Source: a virus
Taxonomy: Duplodnaviria > Caudoviricetes
Strand: one strand, 5' to 3'
IMG/VR virus record: IMGVR_UViG_3300020042_001397
Location: 1 to 62,488 of that record
DNA length: 62,488 nt
Below the pieces are notes generated by a model that worked only from the letters and a program-made list of their open reading frames with translations, searched no databases and was not told the DNA's origin. The translations under genes and the position numbers were made by a program. Shown piece by piece: positions 18,096 to 28,962 of this stretch; the stretch's first letter is position 1; every line of letters starts with the position of its first letter.

Positions 18096-20189
18096 ATGAG
18101 CTTGAGATACCTTGGGGGATATGTATCCTCGGCATACAATCCGTTGGCGGCTAATGTAGGCCCCGGAACTAATGTTGCCCAAACTCAGGGTATGTTTACA
18201 ACTCAAGCTGCTTTTGAATCAGTTGCATCTAATCAATGGTGTACTGATCCAAATTTTAAGCAGACTACGTTACTACTACAAGCAGATAACGCTGCTAACG
18301 CTGCTCAGAACAATACGTTTTTAGATAGCAGCACAAACAATTTTACGATTACTAGAACCGGCAATACTACGCAAGGATCATTTAGTCCGTTTAGTTCGCA
18401 GCCCGGATATTGGTCAGGATACTTTGGTGGTACGGGTTATTACGCAACTACGCCATTTCAATCTTTACCGACCACAACATCGACGTTTACTATTGAAGCG
18501 TGGATATATCAAACAGCCTATCCTGTTGCACAAGGCTCGCCTGTACAGCCTTCATTAGTCGGAGATCAAAACCCTACCGGAGCAGGCGCTAATTGGATGT
18601 TTGGGGTTCTTTCTACTGGGCTGCTAAGTTTTTGGTGGAACGATACTGGAGTAAAAGCTTGTGTCGGCAACACAGTTACGCCTTTAAATGCGTGGGTTCA
18701 TGTTGCGGTATCTGTGTCTTCTAATGCAATTAAGCTATTTGTTAATGGCGTTCTTCAAACATTAACTGGCAATACCACGTTAGGAAATAGAGGGTCAGAC
18801 CAAGGACGGACAACAATAGGACAGTATGCAGGTACAAACTCATACATATATGCGTATGTATCTAACCTTCGTATTGTTACTGGCACAGCGTTATATTCAA
18901 CTACGTTTACACCATCTACTACGCCGCTAACAGCTATTTCTGGAACAACATTTTTAACACTGCAAAATAATAATACATTTAAAGATGCTAGTACCAATAA
19001 CAGGACCATAACACCAACACTTGCAGCAGGGCAGCCATTTTCCCCTGCGCCTCCGCAGTACGCTTACACACCAACAGTCACAGGCGGCAGTGGATATTTT
19101 GATGGTAGTGATAGTTTAAGTGCCCTTAGTTCAGCCAACTTAGCACCCGGATCAATTTTTACGTTTGAAACGTGGGCATATTTTACTTCCGCACCGAACG
19201 GGTGGGGGTTTTATGAAATAAGCACCAATACCGCTTTTCAGTGCGGATTTAATGGCACGACAGAATGGGGCGTAGCATCTCGGGCTACAGCATGGCGTTT
19301 AACAACAACCACACTACCTATTATTAATCAATGGAACCATATAGTTGTTAGCCGTGGCGGTACTGGGACTAATCAAACTAGCTTATTTTTAAATGGGGTT
19401 CGTGTAGCCAATGGAACAGTATCGGATGCGTTTACTTCTACAGGCTCATGTCAAATAGGGACCTCAATTATTGGATACCTTTCAAATTTGCGGCTAGTAC
19501 AAGGCGTCGATGTGTATGGTTATACGAACACAACAATTGCAGTTCCAACGGCTCCAGTAACCGCAGTAACAAGTACGCAGTTGCTTCTTAACTCCACCAA
19601 CGCTGGGATTGTAGATAACTCATTAAAAAATGTTTCTGAAACTGTTGGTAATGCCCAAGTAAGTACAAGCGTTAAGAAGTTTGGCTCTGGATCAATGGCA
19701 TTTGACGGCACGGGAGATTGGTTACTTTTGCCAAATAGCCCAGCATTGCAGATGGGACTTGGGGATTTTACTGTTGAAGGCTGGGTTTATTTAAACGCTA
19801 CTGGTACTGCGCGGGGATTGGTTAGTAAGGGAACCGCAACAACAGGGTGGTCTATATACATTGCAAGTACAAATGTTTTGCAAGCAACTTATTCAGCTAC
19901 CACCATTACAGGCACGACACCACTTGTATCAAATACTTGGTATCATTTTGCGATGGTTCGGGCTGGCTCTGCTGTTGGCAATATAAAAATATACCTAAAC
20001 GGGGTATTGCAGGCTTCGAGCGCAACAGCAATTACTACGGACTTTATCCAAACAAATCCGCTTTATGTTGGCGCAAACAGAGTGGCTGGCGAACCTATGC
20101 TTGGGTACATGGACGACGTTAGAATTACAAAAGTTGCGCGGTACGTAGATTCATTTACCCCACCACAAATCGCATTTGCACGGCAATAG
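18096..20189 (+). CDS. LamG/concanavalin A-like multi-domain fibre / receptor-binding protein
   Basis: Three FTxExW...W.H.....LF/YxNG...SNLR/DDVRI modules. Confidence 0.85.
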   Translation: MSLRYLGGYVSSAYNPLAANVGPGTNVAQTQGMFTTQAAFESVASNQWCTDPNFKQTTLLLQADNAANAAQNNTFLDSSTNNFTITRTGNTTQGSFSPFSSQPGYWSGYFGGTGYYATTPFQSLPTTTSTFTIEAWIYQTAYPVAQGSPVQPSLVGDQNPTGAGANWMFGVLSTGLLSFWWNDTGVKACVGNTVTPLNAWVHVAVSVSSNAIKLFVNGVLQTLTGNTTLGNRGSDQGRTTIGQYAGTNSYIYAYVSNLRIVTGTALYSTTFTPSTTPLTAISGTTFLTLQNNNTFKDASTNNRTITPTLAAGQPFSPAPPQYAYTPTVTGGSGYFDGSDSLSALSSANLAPGSIFTFETWAYFTSAPNGWGFYEISTNTAFQCGFNGTTEWGVASRATAWRLTTTTLPIINQWNHIVVSRGGTGTNQTSLFLNGVRVANGTVSDAFTSTGSCQIGTSIIGYLSNLRLVQGVDVYGYTNTTIAVPTAPVTAVTSTQLLLNSTNAGIVDNSLKNVSETVGNAQVSTSVKKFGSGSMAFDGTGDWLLLPNSPALQMGLGDFTVEGWVYLNATGTARGLVSKGTATTGWSIYIASTNVLQATYSATTITGTTPLVSNTWYHFAMVRAGSAVGNIKIYLNGVLQASSATAITTDFIQTNPLYVGANRVAGEPMLGYMDDVRITKVARYVDSFTPPQIAFARQ

Positions 20190-20197
20190 GATAAACA

Positions 20198-22939
20198 ATG
20201 AGCGATAAATATCCGGGTAATCTTATTACTGGCCCATCTAGCGGTTACTCTGTTTATTTTAACGGGGTGAATAGCTACTTAACGTTTACAAAAAATTTGG
20301 AGTTAACAACAGATTTTACTATTGAGTTTTGGCTTTATTTAACTGCGCAACCAACCCAAGGTTTTTATTTTATGGGGTCAGTTATTGGCCCTTATATAGC
20401 AACAGAAGCATTAAAAATGCTTGTTGGGCAAAGTGGTGCATGGTTAATTAATCCTGCGCTTCCAATGCCGTATTTAAATAGATGGAACCATATTGCTTTG
20501 GTGCGTGCTAGCAATGTAATGCGCCTTTATATAAACGGTGTTTCATCCGGTCCATATACCACATCACAAAGCTTTACTGGCTCCCAAACGTTTGGTATTG
20601 GCGCAGAGAACTCTGGTGCTAGTGTTATTAATAAAGAATTTTATATGAGTAGCTTGCGGGTATCTAACATTGCTAGATACAGCGGCACAAGCACAACATC
20701 GTCTAATTTTGGATACCCATCACTTCCACTTGCCAACGACGTTAATACTAAATTTTTAGGTTTGCAGACGGCTACACTAATAGATCAAAGCGCAAGTCCA
20801 GTTACCATTACCGCTAATGGGGCTGCTATTGTTAGTAATTTTTATCTGCCATCATATAACCCAGCACAGCTTAATCCAGCATTAGGCGCTGCCGTACCCG
20901 GTGTATGGACACTAGACGAAGCCGCATACTATACGCAGACTAAATCATGGCCTGTATATGATCCAAGCTTTAAAGGCACTACGTTGCTGCTGCATGGCAC
21001 AGGTACAAACGGCGCACAGAACAATACGTTTTTAGATTCGTCAGCTAATAACTTTACGATCACTAGAGCAGGCAATACTACGCAAGGCTCGCTTAGTCCG
21101 TTTAGCCAAACGGGTTGGTCAGTTAATTTTAATAGAGGAACATTAACAACTACCCTAACTGGCAAATCTGCCGGAACGGGTTCTGTAACTTACGAATTGT
21201 TTTTTTATTCATCGTTAAGAGATGCTGCGGTTAGTGCCCAATCTGCGTTATTTAATTCTAGGGGAGCTGGTACTGGTGGTGATGGAATTGATTGCACCGT
21301 ACTTAGCACGGGAGATATTCGAATTACAACTTCTGGCTCTGTCTTATTCCAATCAGTTATAAATATTTCAACAACTGATATTTGGTATCATTTAGCTATT
21401 GTTAGAAATGGGACAACAAATTGGGCTGTTTACCTTAATGGGGTTTCTATTGGAACGTTTAGTTCCGCTATTAATTTATCGTCTGTAAATTTATATTTAG
21501 GCACTGTTGGTGGAAGTTCGCAAGATTGGCTTAAAGGTTATATAAGTAATTTTAGGTACACAATGGCAGCGGTTTATACAAGCAACTTTACGCCACCAAC
21601 TGCGCCATTAACGGTAATTGCAAACACAGAATTTTTAAGTTGTTTAACAAATCAATTTAAAGATATTTCTGCTAATAATTTTACTATAACACCCGCTGCG
21701 GTTAATGGAACATTACCATCAATTCAACCATTCTCCCCATTTGCACCGGCAGTTGCCTACACACCATCGGCAATTGGCGGTAGCGGGTATTTTGACGGCA
21801 CTAGCGATTATCTTCAAATTACTGGTACAGCAGCATTAGTACCAGATAGTGTGTTTACTTTTGAAGCATGGATTTATTTTGGCGCAATAGTAAGCAATGA
21901 GATTATTTATTCGTCTCTTACTACGGGCCAACTATTAATTGGATTCAACACAACAACGTCATGGGGTATTGGTGCAAGAGCAGGTGCTTTTCTTTTAACA
22001 TCAACAACACTACCTGTTGCAAATCAGTGGAATCACATAGTTGCTTGTAGGGGCGGTACTGGGACAAATCAGGCTAGCTTATTTTTAAACGGCGTGCGTG
22101 TTGCTAACGGAACTGTATCTAATGCTTTTAATACTACGGCCAATTATCAAGTTGGTTATGATGGTGGTAGTCCCACATGGAGTGGTTACATATCTGGTTT
22201 GAGATTAGTAAAAGCGGATGTATACGGTTACACAAACACAACCATTACCGTTCCGACGGCACCGCCAACTGCAATTGCTAATACAGCGTTACTTATTAAT
22301 TTTACCAACGCAGGTATTTTAGACAGCACAGCTAAAAATGTTGGTGAAACTATTAATAGCGCCCAGATAAGTACAGCGGTGAGGAGATACGGTCCTAGTA
22401 GTATGTTATTTGATGGCACTAGCGATTATGTTGTGTTCCCATCAAGCACCAATTTTGAATTGGTTGCCGACTTTACTATGGAGTGCTGGATATATCCGAC
22501 CACTATTACGGGTTCAGAGCGTGGTGTTTTTGGTATTGGCACAACCGATCCAAACAGTAATTTAGTTCGCATACAGGCATCTTCGTCTAAACTTCAATTC
22601 TGGCTTGGCGGATCAAATAGTGGTGGCCCCGGCACTGGAACAAAGACGGGTATTATTACTTGCACAACTGCACTAGTTTTAAATACTTGGTATCACGTTG
22701 CATTGGTTCGCAGCGGGTCAGGTACAAACAATGTTAAGTTGTATCTAAACGGTGTGTTAGATGGTCAGGGGACGGGCACTTACGTGATAACTGCAAATCC
22801 TTGTTCTATTGGTAGCGGCTATCCCGGAACAAGCATTGAAACATTTTTTGGGTATATTTCAGATTTTCGGGTTACCAAAAACGTTGCTAGATATTTGGCA
22901 AACTTCACGCCACCAACATCGCAATTGCAAGATCAATAA
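20198..22939 (+). CDS. LamG/concanavalin A-like multi-domain fibre / receptor-binding protein
   Basis: Four LamG-type modules; paralogue of 18096-20189. Confidence 0.85.
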   Translation: MSDKYPGNLITGPSSGYSVYFNGVNSYLTFTKNLELTTDFTIEFWLYLTAQPTQGFYFMGSVIGPYIATEALKMLVGQSGAWLINPALPMPYLNRWNHIALVRASNVMRLYINGVSSGPYTTSQSFTGSQTFGIGAENSGASVINKEFYMSSLRVSNIARYSGTSTTSSNFGYPSLPLANDVNTKFLGLQTATLIDQSASPVTITANGAAIVSNFYLPSYNPAQLNPALGAAVPGVWTLDEAAYYTQTKSWPVYDPSFKGTTLLLHGTGTNGAQNNTFLDSSANNFTITRAGNTTQGSLSPFSQTGWSVNFNRGTLTTTLTGKSAGTGSVTYELFFYSSLRDAAVSAQSALFNSRGAGTGGDGIDCTVLSTGDIRITTSGSVLFQSVINISTTDIWYHLAIVRNGTTNWAVYLNGVSIGTFSSAINLSSVNLYLGTVGGSSQDWLKGYISNFRYTMAAVYTSNFTPPTAPLTVIANTEFLSCLTNQFKDISANNFTITPAAVNGTLPSIQPFSPFAPAVAYTPSAIGGSGYFDGTSDYLQITGTAALVPDSVFTFEAWIYFGAIVSNEIIYSSLTTGQLLIGFNTTTSWGIGARAGAFLLTSTTLPVANQWNHIVACRGGTGTNQASLFLNGVRVANGTVSNAFNTTANYQVGYDGGSPTWSGYISGLRLVKADVYGYTNTTITVPTAPPTAIANTALLINFTNAGILDSTAKNVGETINSAQISTAVRRYGPSSMLFDGTSDYVVFPSSTNFELVADFTMECWIYPTTITGSERGVFGIGTTDPNSNLVRIQASSSKLQFWLGGSNSGGPGTGTKTGIITCTTALVLNTWYHVALVRSGSGTNNVKLYLNGVLDGQGTGTYVITANPCSIGSGYPGTSIETFFGYISDFRVTKNVARYLANFTPPTSQLQDQ

Positions 22940-22948
22940 GGATAAATT

Positions 22949-25129
22949 ATGTCTAGTACATACAGCAGCTTAAAAATTGAACTGATTGGTACTGGCGAAC
23001 AAGCCGGCTTTTGGGGTGCTACTACCAATACCAATCTAGGTACAGCCTTAGAAGAAGCCATTGTAGGTCGTGCAGAAGTTGCGTTTACTACTGATGCTGA
23101 CCTTACTCTGACGCTGACTGATTCTAATTCTACGCAGATTGCTCGGCACTTTATCCTTAATGTAACTGGCACGCTTACAGCAACGCGGAGCTTAACGGTT
23201 CCGGCAATTGATAAGCCGTACATCATTGAGAACAACACGACGCAAATAATCATTGTTAAGACAAGTGGTGGCGTAGGTGTGCCTGTTCCGAATGGCAAGA
23301 AAATGTTTCTGTACGCCTATAACAACGGCGCTACTAACAATGTAGTCGAAGCATTTAACTACGTATCAGCTTTATATGCAGGCACACTAACCCTTACATC
23401 CCCGCTTCCTATTGCATCTGGCGGTACAGGTTCTGCTGTAACTGCATACTGTTCGTTGGTAACTAATGTTACTGGGACCTTGCCAATTGCTAATGGTGGT
23501 ACAGGACAAGTCACAGCCAACGCTGCGGTGAACGCGCTGCTACCAGTACAAGCTGGCAATAATGGTTTGTTCTTAACCACAAATGGTACGGATACTGCAT
23601 GGGCTGCGGCATCAGGCGGTGGTGGTGGTGGCGTTTCTTCAGTTAATGCGTCCGGTGGTACAACGGGGATGACCTTCACAGGCGGCCCAATTCTTAGTGC
23701 TGGTACGCTGACAATGGGTGGGACGCTTACGGTAGCTAATGGTGGTACTGGGGCAACAACGCATTCTGTAAACGGCCTGCTTACAGGCAATGGCACTAGT
23801 GCAGTAAATACTATTGCTCCGGGTACAAACGGGCAGGTGCTTACTTCTAACGGTACAAACTGGTACGCAGCGGCTTTTACCGCAGGCAATGTTACTGGCC
23901 CACTGTCCTCCACCAACTTAGCTATTCCAACTTTTTCTGGTGCAAGCGGAACAATCCTTTTAAATAATTCTGGCGCTACTATTTCTGGTGGCACGATTAC
24001 AGCGGTTGCGTTTGCAGGTGATGGCGCTTCGATTACCGGACTTTCTACTGGCAATATTTCTAGTGGCACTTTGCCCATTGCTCGTGGAGGCACTAACAGT
24101 ACAGCAACCCCAACAAACGGAGGCGCTGTATATGGGACGGGATCAGCTTATGCGGTTACCGCTGCCGGTACTTCTGGGCAAGTATTAACATCTAACGGTA
24201 CTGCTGCTCCTACATGGCAGACGCCTTCTGCCAGTACAATTTCTATTTCTGCCGGCAACGGCATGACGTTCACAACCATCACTGGGTCTGGCTCAGTTAC
24301 GATGGGAACACCCACTACACTGACTTCGGCAACAACTAATGCCGTATCTGTTGGAACTCACGCACATGCTGTAACAGGAATACCAACTACTTATACATGG
24401 ACGGCTGGAACAACGGCAGGACCTACTGGTGCTTTAACTGGATCAGGGTCATCGTCAGTCTCTTATGCGGCTATTCCAAGTGCATCGGCAACAGCATCCG
24501 GCATTATTACTACAGGTGCGCAGACGCTTGCGGGCACCAAGACATTCAATAGTATTCTTGCTGCTTCGTATAACTTCAGTACAACAAGCTCAATTTATCT
24601 GTCTGGCTCGACGGTTAACCTAGATATTGCCAGCGTTGGTATTACAGATTGGACTTCAGCAGCCTTTGCCCCAGCAGCGGATAATGTTCGCACTCTTGGT
24701 ACGGCGGCTTCACGATGGACAACTGTATATGCAACGACGGGTACGATCAATACTTCTGATGCAAACACCAAGCAAGACATCGCTGATCTGGATGCAGCCG
24801 AGCTTCGTGTAGCTACAAACTTAAAAGGAATGATTAAGAAGTTCCGCTTTAAGGATGCTGTTGCAGAAAAAGGTAGTGCTGCTCGAATCCACGTTGGTGT
24901 AATTGCTCAAGATGTACAGGCTGCGTTTGTGGCTGAAGGTCTTAACCCAGCAGAATATGGCATGTTCTGTTCGGATACATGGTGGGAGAGAGAAGAAACC
25001 ACTGTTGTTAACGATGTTACACGCACCAGAATCGTTGCACATGATACGTTTGTAGAAGGTGGTACGGAGCGCACACGGCTTGGTATTCGTTACGAAGAAC
25101 TGTTCGCCTTTATTATTGCTGCTTTATAA
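22949..25129 (+). CDS. Tail fibre with C-terminal intramolecular chaperone (peptidase S74)
   Basis: LPIANGGTG and GQVLTSNG repeats; TSDANTKQDI, GVIAQDV and GIRYEEL. Confidence 0.88.
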   Translation: MSSTYSSLKIELIGTGEQAGFWGATTNTNLGTALEEAIVGRAEVAFTTDADLTLTLTDSNSTQIARHFILNVTGTLTATRSLTVPAIDKPYIIENNTTQIIIVKTSGGVGVPVPNGKKMFLYAYNNGATNNVVEAFNYVSALYAGTLTLTSPLPIASGGTGSAVTAYCSLVTNVTGTLPIANGGTGQVTANAAVNALLPVQAGNNGLFLTTNGTDTAWAAASGGGGGGVSSVNASGGTTGMTFTGGPILSAGTLTMGGTLTVANGGTGATTHSVNGLLTGNGTSAVNTIAPGTNGQVLTSNGTNWYAAAFTAGNVTGPLSSTNLAIPTFSGASGTILLNNSGATISGGTITAVAFAGDGASITGLSTGNISSGTLPIARGGTNSTATPTNGGAVYGTGSAYAVTAAGTSGQVLTSNGTAAPTWQTPSASTISISAGNGMTFTTITGSGSVTMGTPTTLTSATTNAVSVGTHAHAVTGIPTTYTWTAGTTAGPTGALTGSGSSSVSYAAIPSASATASGIITTGAQTLAGTKTFNSILAASYNFSTTSSIYLSGSTVNLDIASVGITDWTSAAFAPAADNVRTLGTAASRWTTVYATTGTINTSDANTKQDIADLDAAELRVATNLKGMIKKFRFKDAVAEKGSAARIHVGVIAQDVQAAFVAEGLNPAEYGMFCSDTWWEREETTVVNDVTRTRIVAHDTFVEGGTERTRLGIRYEELFAFIIAAL

Positions 25130-25138
25130 AGATTATGT

Positions 25139-25672
25139 ATGGACCCAATAACAATCGGTGCGGCATTTGCAGTAGCCAAAGCGGCTGTTGCTGGGGTTAA
25201 GGAAGCTATTGCGCTTGGTAAAGAAGTGCAGGAGTGCTATCACGACATTAGTGCTTTCTTTACAGCGCAAGGTGAGATTCAAGCTGCGGTAGTCCAGCAG
25301 GAGCATGACCAGAAACTAGGTAAGGCGGTACAGAAAGATGCTACTGCCGAGGCACTTGACGCTATGTTTGCGTCGCGCCAGATGTACAAGATGGAAGTGG
25401 AATTACGTGAAGCGTTAATTTACGGATCTGGTAGTGAGTCTGGTTTATATGAAGAGATGTGCCAGCGGCGGGATGCCATTATTCAAGATCGCAAGAATAT
25501 CCTTGAGGATGAAGCTAGGCAGATTCGGCTAAAAGCATACGCAGTTAAACGTAAAAAAGAAGAGCGTATTCAGAATATTCAAGAGTGGCTAGCGGTCGTG
25601 GTTGGTGTGTCGATTAGCAGCTTTATTATGTACTGCATCTGGTGGATGTTTAAACACGGGGGTGACGAATAA
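25139..25672 (+). CDS. Hypothetical protein with a C-terminal transmembrane helix
   Basis: MDPITI start, coiled coil, hydrophobic C-terminus. Confidence 0.75.
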   Translation: MDPITIGAAFAVAKAAVAGVKEAIALGKEVQECYHDISAFFTAQGEIQAAVVQQEHDQKLGKAVQKDATAEALDAMFASRQMYKMEVELREALIYGSGSESGLYEEMCQRRDAIIQDRKNILEDEARQIRLKAYAVKRKKEERIQNIQEWLAVVVGVSISSFIMYCIWWMFKHGGDE

Positions 25673-26157
25673 TGATGACCTTATTAACAACGCTAATCTC
25701 ATTTTTAAGTGGCGGCCTACCTAAGTTACTAGACTTCTTCCAAGACAAGCAGGACAAGAAGCACGAACTGGCAATGGCTCAGATTCAGGTGCAAGCGCAG
25801 ATGGAGATGCAGAAGGCTGGCTTCCAAGCGCAGGAGCATATCGAGGAAATACGTACTGATCAGATCAGTATTCAGACCCAGGCGGCTGAACGGGAATCCT
25901 TATATGCCCATGATATTGAGATCGGTAAAGGCGCATCCCAGTGGGTGATTAATGCCCGTGCAATGGTGCGGCCTACTATTACGTATGGCTTGTTCTTCCT
26001 ACTGGTAGCTGTTGATATTGCTGGTGTCTGGTACGCATGGACAATGAACGCTTCTTTCCACGACATGATGCAGTTGGTTTGGGATGACGATACGCAGACC
26101 ATTTGGGCGTCTGTTATTAGCTTTTGGTTCGGGACACAAGCATTTAGTAAGAAATGA
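25672..26157 (+). CDS. Probable holin (3TM/GTA-type)
   Basis: WV....VRP.ITY, two C-terminal hydrophobic segments, FWFG; upstream of the lysozyme. Confidence 0.65.
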   Translation: MMTLLTTLISFLSGGLPKLLDFFQDKQDKKHELAMAQIQVQAQMEMQKAGFQAQEHIEEIRTDQISIQTQAAERESLYAHDIEIGKGASQWVINARAMVRPTITYGLFFLLVAVDIAGVWYAWTMNASFHDMMQLVWDDDTQTIWASVISFWFGTQAFSKK

Positions 26158-26336
26158 TACGCTTACTAATATTGGTTTTGCTGTGTATTTTTGTGGTGCT
26201 CCATATGGCTGGGTGCGTAGATAAGCATTCAGATTGTGTAGAAACAGCGCAACGAGAGTATTCAAATGCCCATCCAGAAACAACTTATAGCCAGCTAATA
26301 TTAAAAAGAAAAGACTTTGAGCGTCGGTGCCCATAA
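26154..26336 (+). CDS. Small putative lipoprotein
   Basis: Hydrophobic signal followed by MAGC (lipobox-like); coupled at both ends. Confidence 0.55.
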   Translation: MIRLLILVLLCIFVVLHMAGCVDKHSDCVETAQREYSNAHPETTYSQLILKRKDFERRCP

Positions 26337-26830
26337 TGAACTTTACCGCTCTGCACGAACTTAAGTACCACGAAGGAGTAAGGAAGAAGCCTTACTTGGA
26401 TAGCGTACTGTTATGGACTACAGGGGTTGGGCATCTAATAGCGCCAAAAGAACACCTAAAAATGACGCTTACCCAACGCAAAGAAGCTAAAGCTGCGGGC
26501 TTATTAAAGTGTCCGGCAGAGTGGGATAGGGGGCTAACGAATGCCGAAGTGGATGAGATTCTTAAAGCAGACCTTGCTCGGTTTGAACGAGGTGTTCTAC
26601 GTCTGTGCCCTAGTGGGCTTACTCAAGGCAGGTACAATGCACTTGTCAGTTTTGCATTCAATGCTGGGTTAGGTAGATTGCAAAGTTCATCAATCCGCAC
26701 TAAGCATAACCGTGGGGATTTTGATGGCGCTAGTGATGCTTTTCTGCTATACAGAATGGCAGGTGGCATAGTCCAAAAGGGGCTAGAAACCCGCCGTAAA
26801 GATGAACGTGCAATGTACCTAAGTGGGTAA
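26336..26830 (+). CDS. Endolysin, GH24 lysozyme
   Basis: E-x8-D-x5-T triad (HEGVRKKPYLDSVLLWT), ALVSFAFNAG, GLETRRKDE; start at the coupled ATG 26336. Confidence 0.93.
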   Translation: MNFTALHELKYHEGVRKKPYLDSVLLWTTGVGHLIAPKEHLKMTLTQRKEAKAAGLLKCPAEWDRGLTNAEVDEILKADLARFERGVLRLCPSGLTQGRYNALVSFAFNAGLGRLQSSSIRTKHNRGDFDGASDAFLLYRMAGGIVQKGLETRRKDERAMYLSG

Positions 26831-26833
26831 ACA

Positions 26834-28696
26834 ATGGCATTTCAAAAATTAAACTTTAAGCCCGGAGTAAACCGAGACCAAACTAACTACAGTAATGAAG
26901 GTGGTTGGTATGAGTGCGACAAAATCCGGTTCCGTTCAGGCAAACCACAAAAGATTGGTGGCTGGCTTAAGTATTCTACTAGCGCACTTATTGGTGTGTG
27001 TCGGCAGATGTTTGGCTGGATTACCTCGTATAACGATAACTTCCTTGCTCTCGGGACTAACGCTAAAGTCTATATTGAGGCCGGCACAACCCTATACGAC
27101 ATCACGCCTATTCGGGCTACATTTTCTTCCCCTGCTACGGATAACTGCCTAGCCACAACAAATGGTTCGTTGATAGTTACCGCTACTATTGCTGCACACG
27201 GCGCTAATGCTGGTGATTATGTAATCTTTAGTGGGTCTAATGCAGTGGGCGGTATTGCTGCTACCACTATAAATACAATCCATTTAATCATTGATGTAAC
27301 GGTAAATACGTTTACCTTTGCTGTAGCTACAGCCGCTACCTCAACCGTTGCTGCCGGTGGTGGCACAGGCATATTTGCGAAGTTCCAAATTCATGTAGGG
27401 TACGAAGCCTCCGCGTTTGGTTATGGCTGGGGCACGGACGGGTGGGGCATTAATGGCTGGGGCTTAGGTTCTAATCAACCAATTGCGGTTAATCAGACTG
27501 ATTGGTGGTTTGATAACTTTGACAATGATCTGGTAATGAATATCCGAAATGGCGCTATTTATTATTGGACGCGTGGTTCTGGTACTAGCCCAGCATCGGC
27601 GTTAGATACGCCAGCAATTCTTTTGTCCGCGTTAACTGGGGCTGCAAATGTGCCTGAGTTGGCTATGCAGGTTTTAAACTCCCAGAATGATAAGCACTTA
27701 ATTGCTTTCGGTGCCACGCCATATTATGCAACGGGGCCAGTACCCCAGTTTGACCCAATGCTTATCCGTTGGGCTAGTCAAGATGAACCTGCTAATTGGC
27801 GGCCACTGTCTAGTAACTCTGCTGGCTTTGTTCGCGCAACTAACGGCTCAAAGATTGTTCGGGCTATGCGGACTCGGCAGGAAATTCTTGTTTGGACGGA
27901 TACCGCGTTATATTCAATGCAGTATTTGGGCACAACAGATGTGTTTAGTTTGCAAGAATTGGGCTCCAATACGTCAATTATTGGGCCACGCGCCGTAGCT
28001 ACAGCTAACAATCTTACCTTCTGGATGGGGCAAGATAAGTTCTATGTGTATAGCGGCAGAGTAGATACCTTACCTTGTACGCTCCGTAACCATGTATTCC
28101 TTAATCTGAACTATGACCAGATTGACCAAATTATTTCTGGTACTAACGAGGGATACCATGAAGTATGGTGGTTCTATCCTACAGCTAATAGCAATACAAT
28201 TAACGCCTACGTTATCTACAATTACTTTGAGCAGGTTTGGTACTACGGGACGATGGATCGCACGGCTTGGTTAGATAGCCCATTGCGCCAGTACCCACAA
28301 GCAGTCGGTGCTAATTACATACTGAACCACGAGCAAGGTACCAATAATGATACGCTTCCAATGTCGGCATACATAACGTCTTCTGACTTTGATATTGAAG
28401 ACGGCGAACATTTTATGCTGGTAAAGCGGATTATTCCCGACATTGATTTTGGTGGGTCTACCGCAGATGCCCCTACAGTTGCTATTACATTAACCCCGCA
28501 TAACTATCCCGGTGCTGCTTATGAGATAGTTGCGCCAAAAAGTGTGGTAGAAACGTCATCAAATGTCTATACTGAGCAAGTATTTATACGGGTTAGAGCG
28601 CGCCAAATGGGGTTTAAAATAGAGTCAGATGCGCTGAATACTCAATGGCAGCTTGGCACCCCGCGTTTAGATGCTCGTGCAGACGGTAAGAGATAA
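26834..28696 (+). CDS. Tail tubular B / DNA stabilisation (nozzle-like) protein
   Basis: 620 aa, beta-rich; DPMLIRW, EVWWFYP and RARQ...DGKR; sits before the ejection proteins. Confidence 0.7.
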   Translation: MAFQKLNFKPGVNRDQTNYSNEGGWYECDKIRFRSGKPQKIGGWLKYSTSALIGVCRQMFGWITSYNDNFLALGTNAKVYIEAGTTLYDITPIRATFSSPATDNCLATTNGSLIVTATIAAHGANAGDYVIFSGSNAVGGIAATTINTIHLIIDVTVNTFTFAVATAATSTVAAGGGTGIFAKFQIHVGYEASAFGYGWGTDGWGINGWGLGSNQPIAVNQTDWWFDNFDNDLVMNIRNGAIYYWTRGSGTSPASALDTPAILLSALTGAANVPELAMQVLNSQNDKHLIAFGATPYYATGPVPQFDPMLIRWASQDEPANWRPLSSNSAGFVRATNGSKIVRAMRTRQEILVWTDTALYSMQYLGTTDVFSLQELGSNTSIIGPRAVATANNLTFWMGQDKFYVYSGRVDTLPCTLRNHVFLNLNYDQIDQIISGTNEGYHEVWWFYPTANSNTINAYVIYNYFEQVWYYGTMDRTAWLDSPLRQYPQAVGANYILNHEQGTNNDTLPMSAYITSSDFDIEDGEHFMLVKRIIPDIDFGGSTADAPTVAITLTPHNYPGAAYEIVAPKSVVETSSNVYTEQVFIRVRARQMGFKIESDALNTQWQLGTPRLDARADGKR

Positions 28697-28698
28697 TT

Positions 28699-28962
28699 AT
28701 GGGGCTTAAAAGATTTACATCCCCCGCTCTACCACTTGCTCCACAGGCATATGACAGGGAGTATTTGGATCAATTAGTACGGGTGCTTAACCTGTATTTT
28801 AAGCAGCTTGATTCTAGTTCTGGAATAGTTGTGGATAACTTATCTCTTAGTGTTAGGGAAGGGTCGGTAACAATACCAACTCAAGTTGACCTAGCAAATT
28901 TGCGTGTGGGTGATGTTTATATGGATACCACAGCAGGCAACGTATTAAAGGTGAAAACATGA
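28699..28962 (+). CDS. Hypothetical tail-associated protein
   Basis: 87 aa, PALPLAP..Y...QLVRVLNLYF. Confidence 0.7.
   Translation: MGLKRFTSPALPLAPQAYDREYLDQLVRVLNLYFKQLDSSSGIVVDNLSLSVREGSVTIPTQVDLANLRVGDVYMDTTAGNVLKVKT

Noticed and set aside
18096-25129. Diversity-generating retroelement acting on the fibre genes
   Set aside because: No reverse transcriptase, and the repeat differences are not adenine-specific
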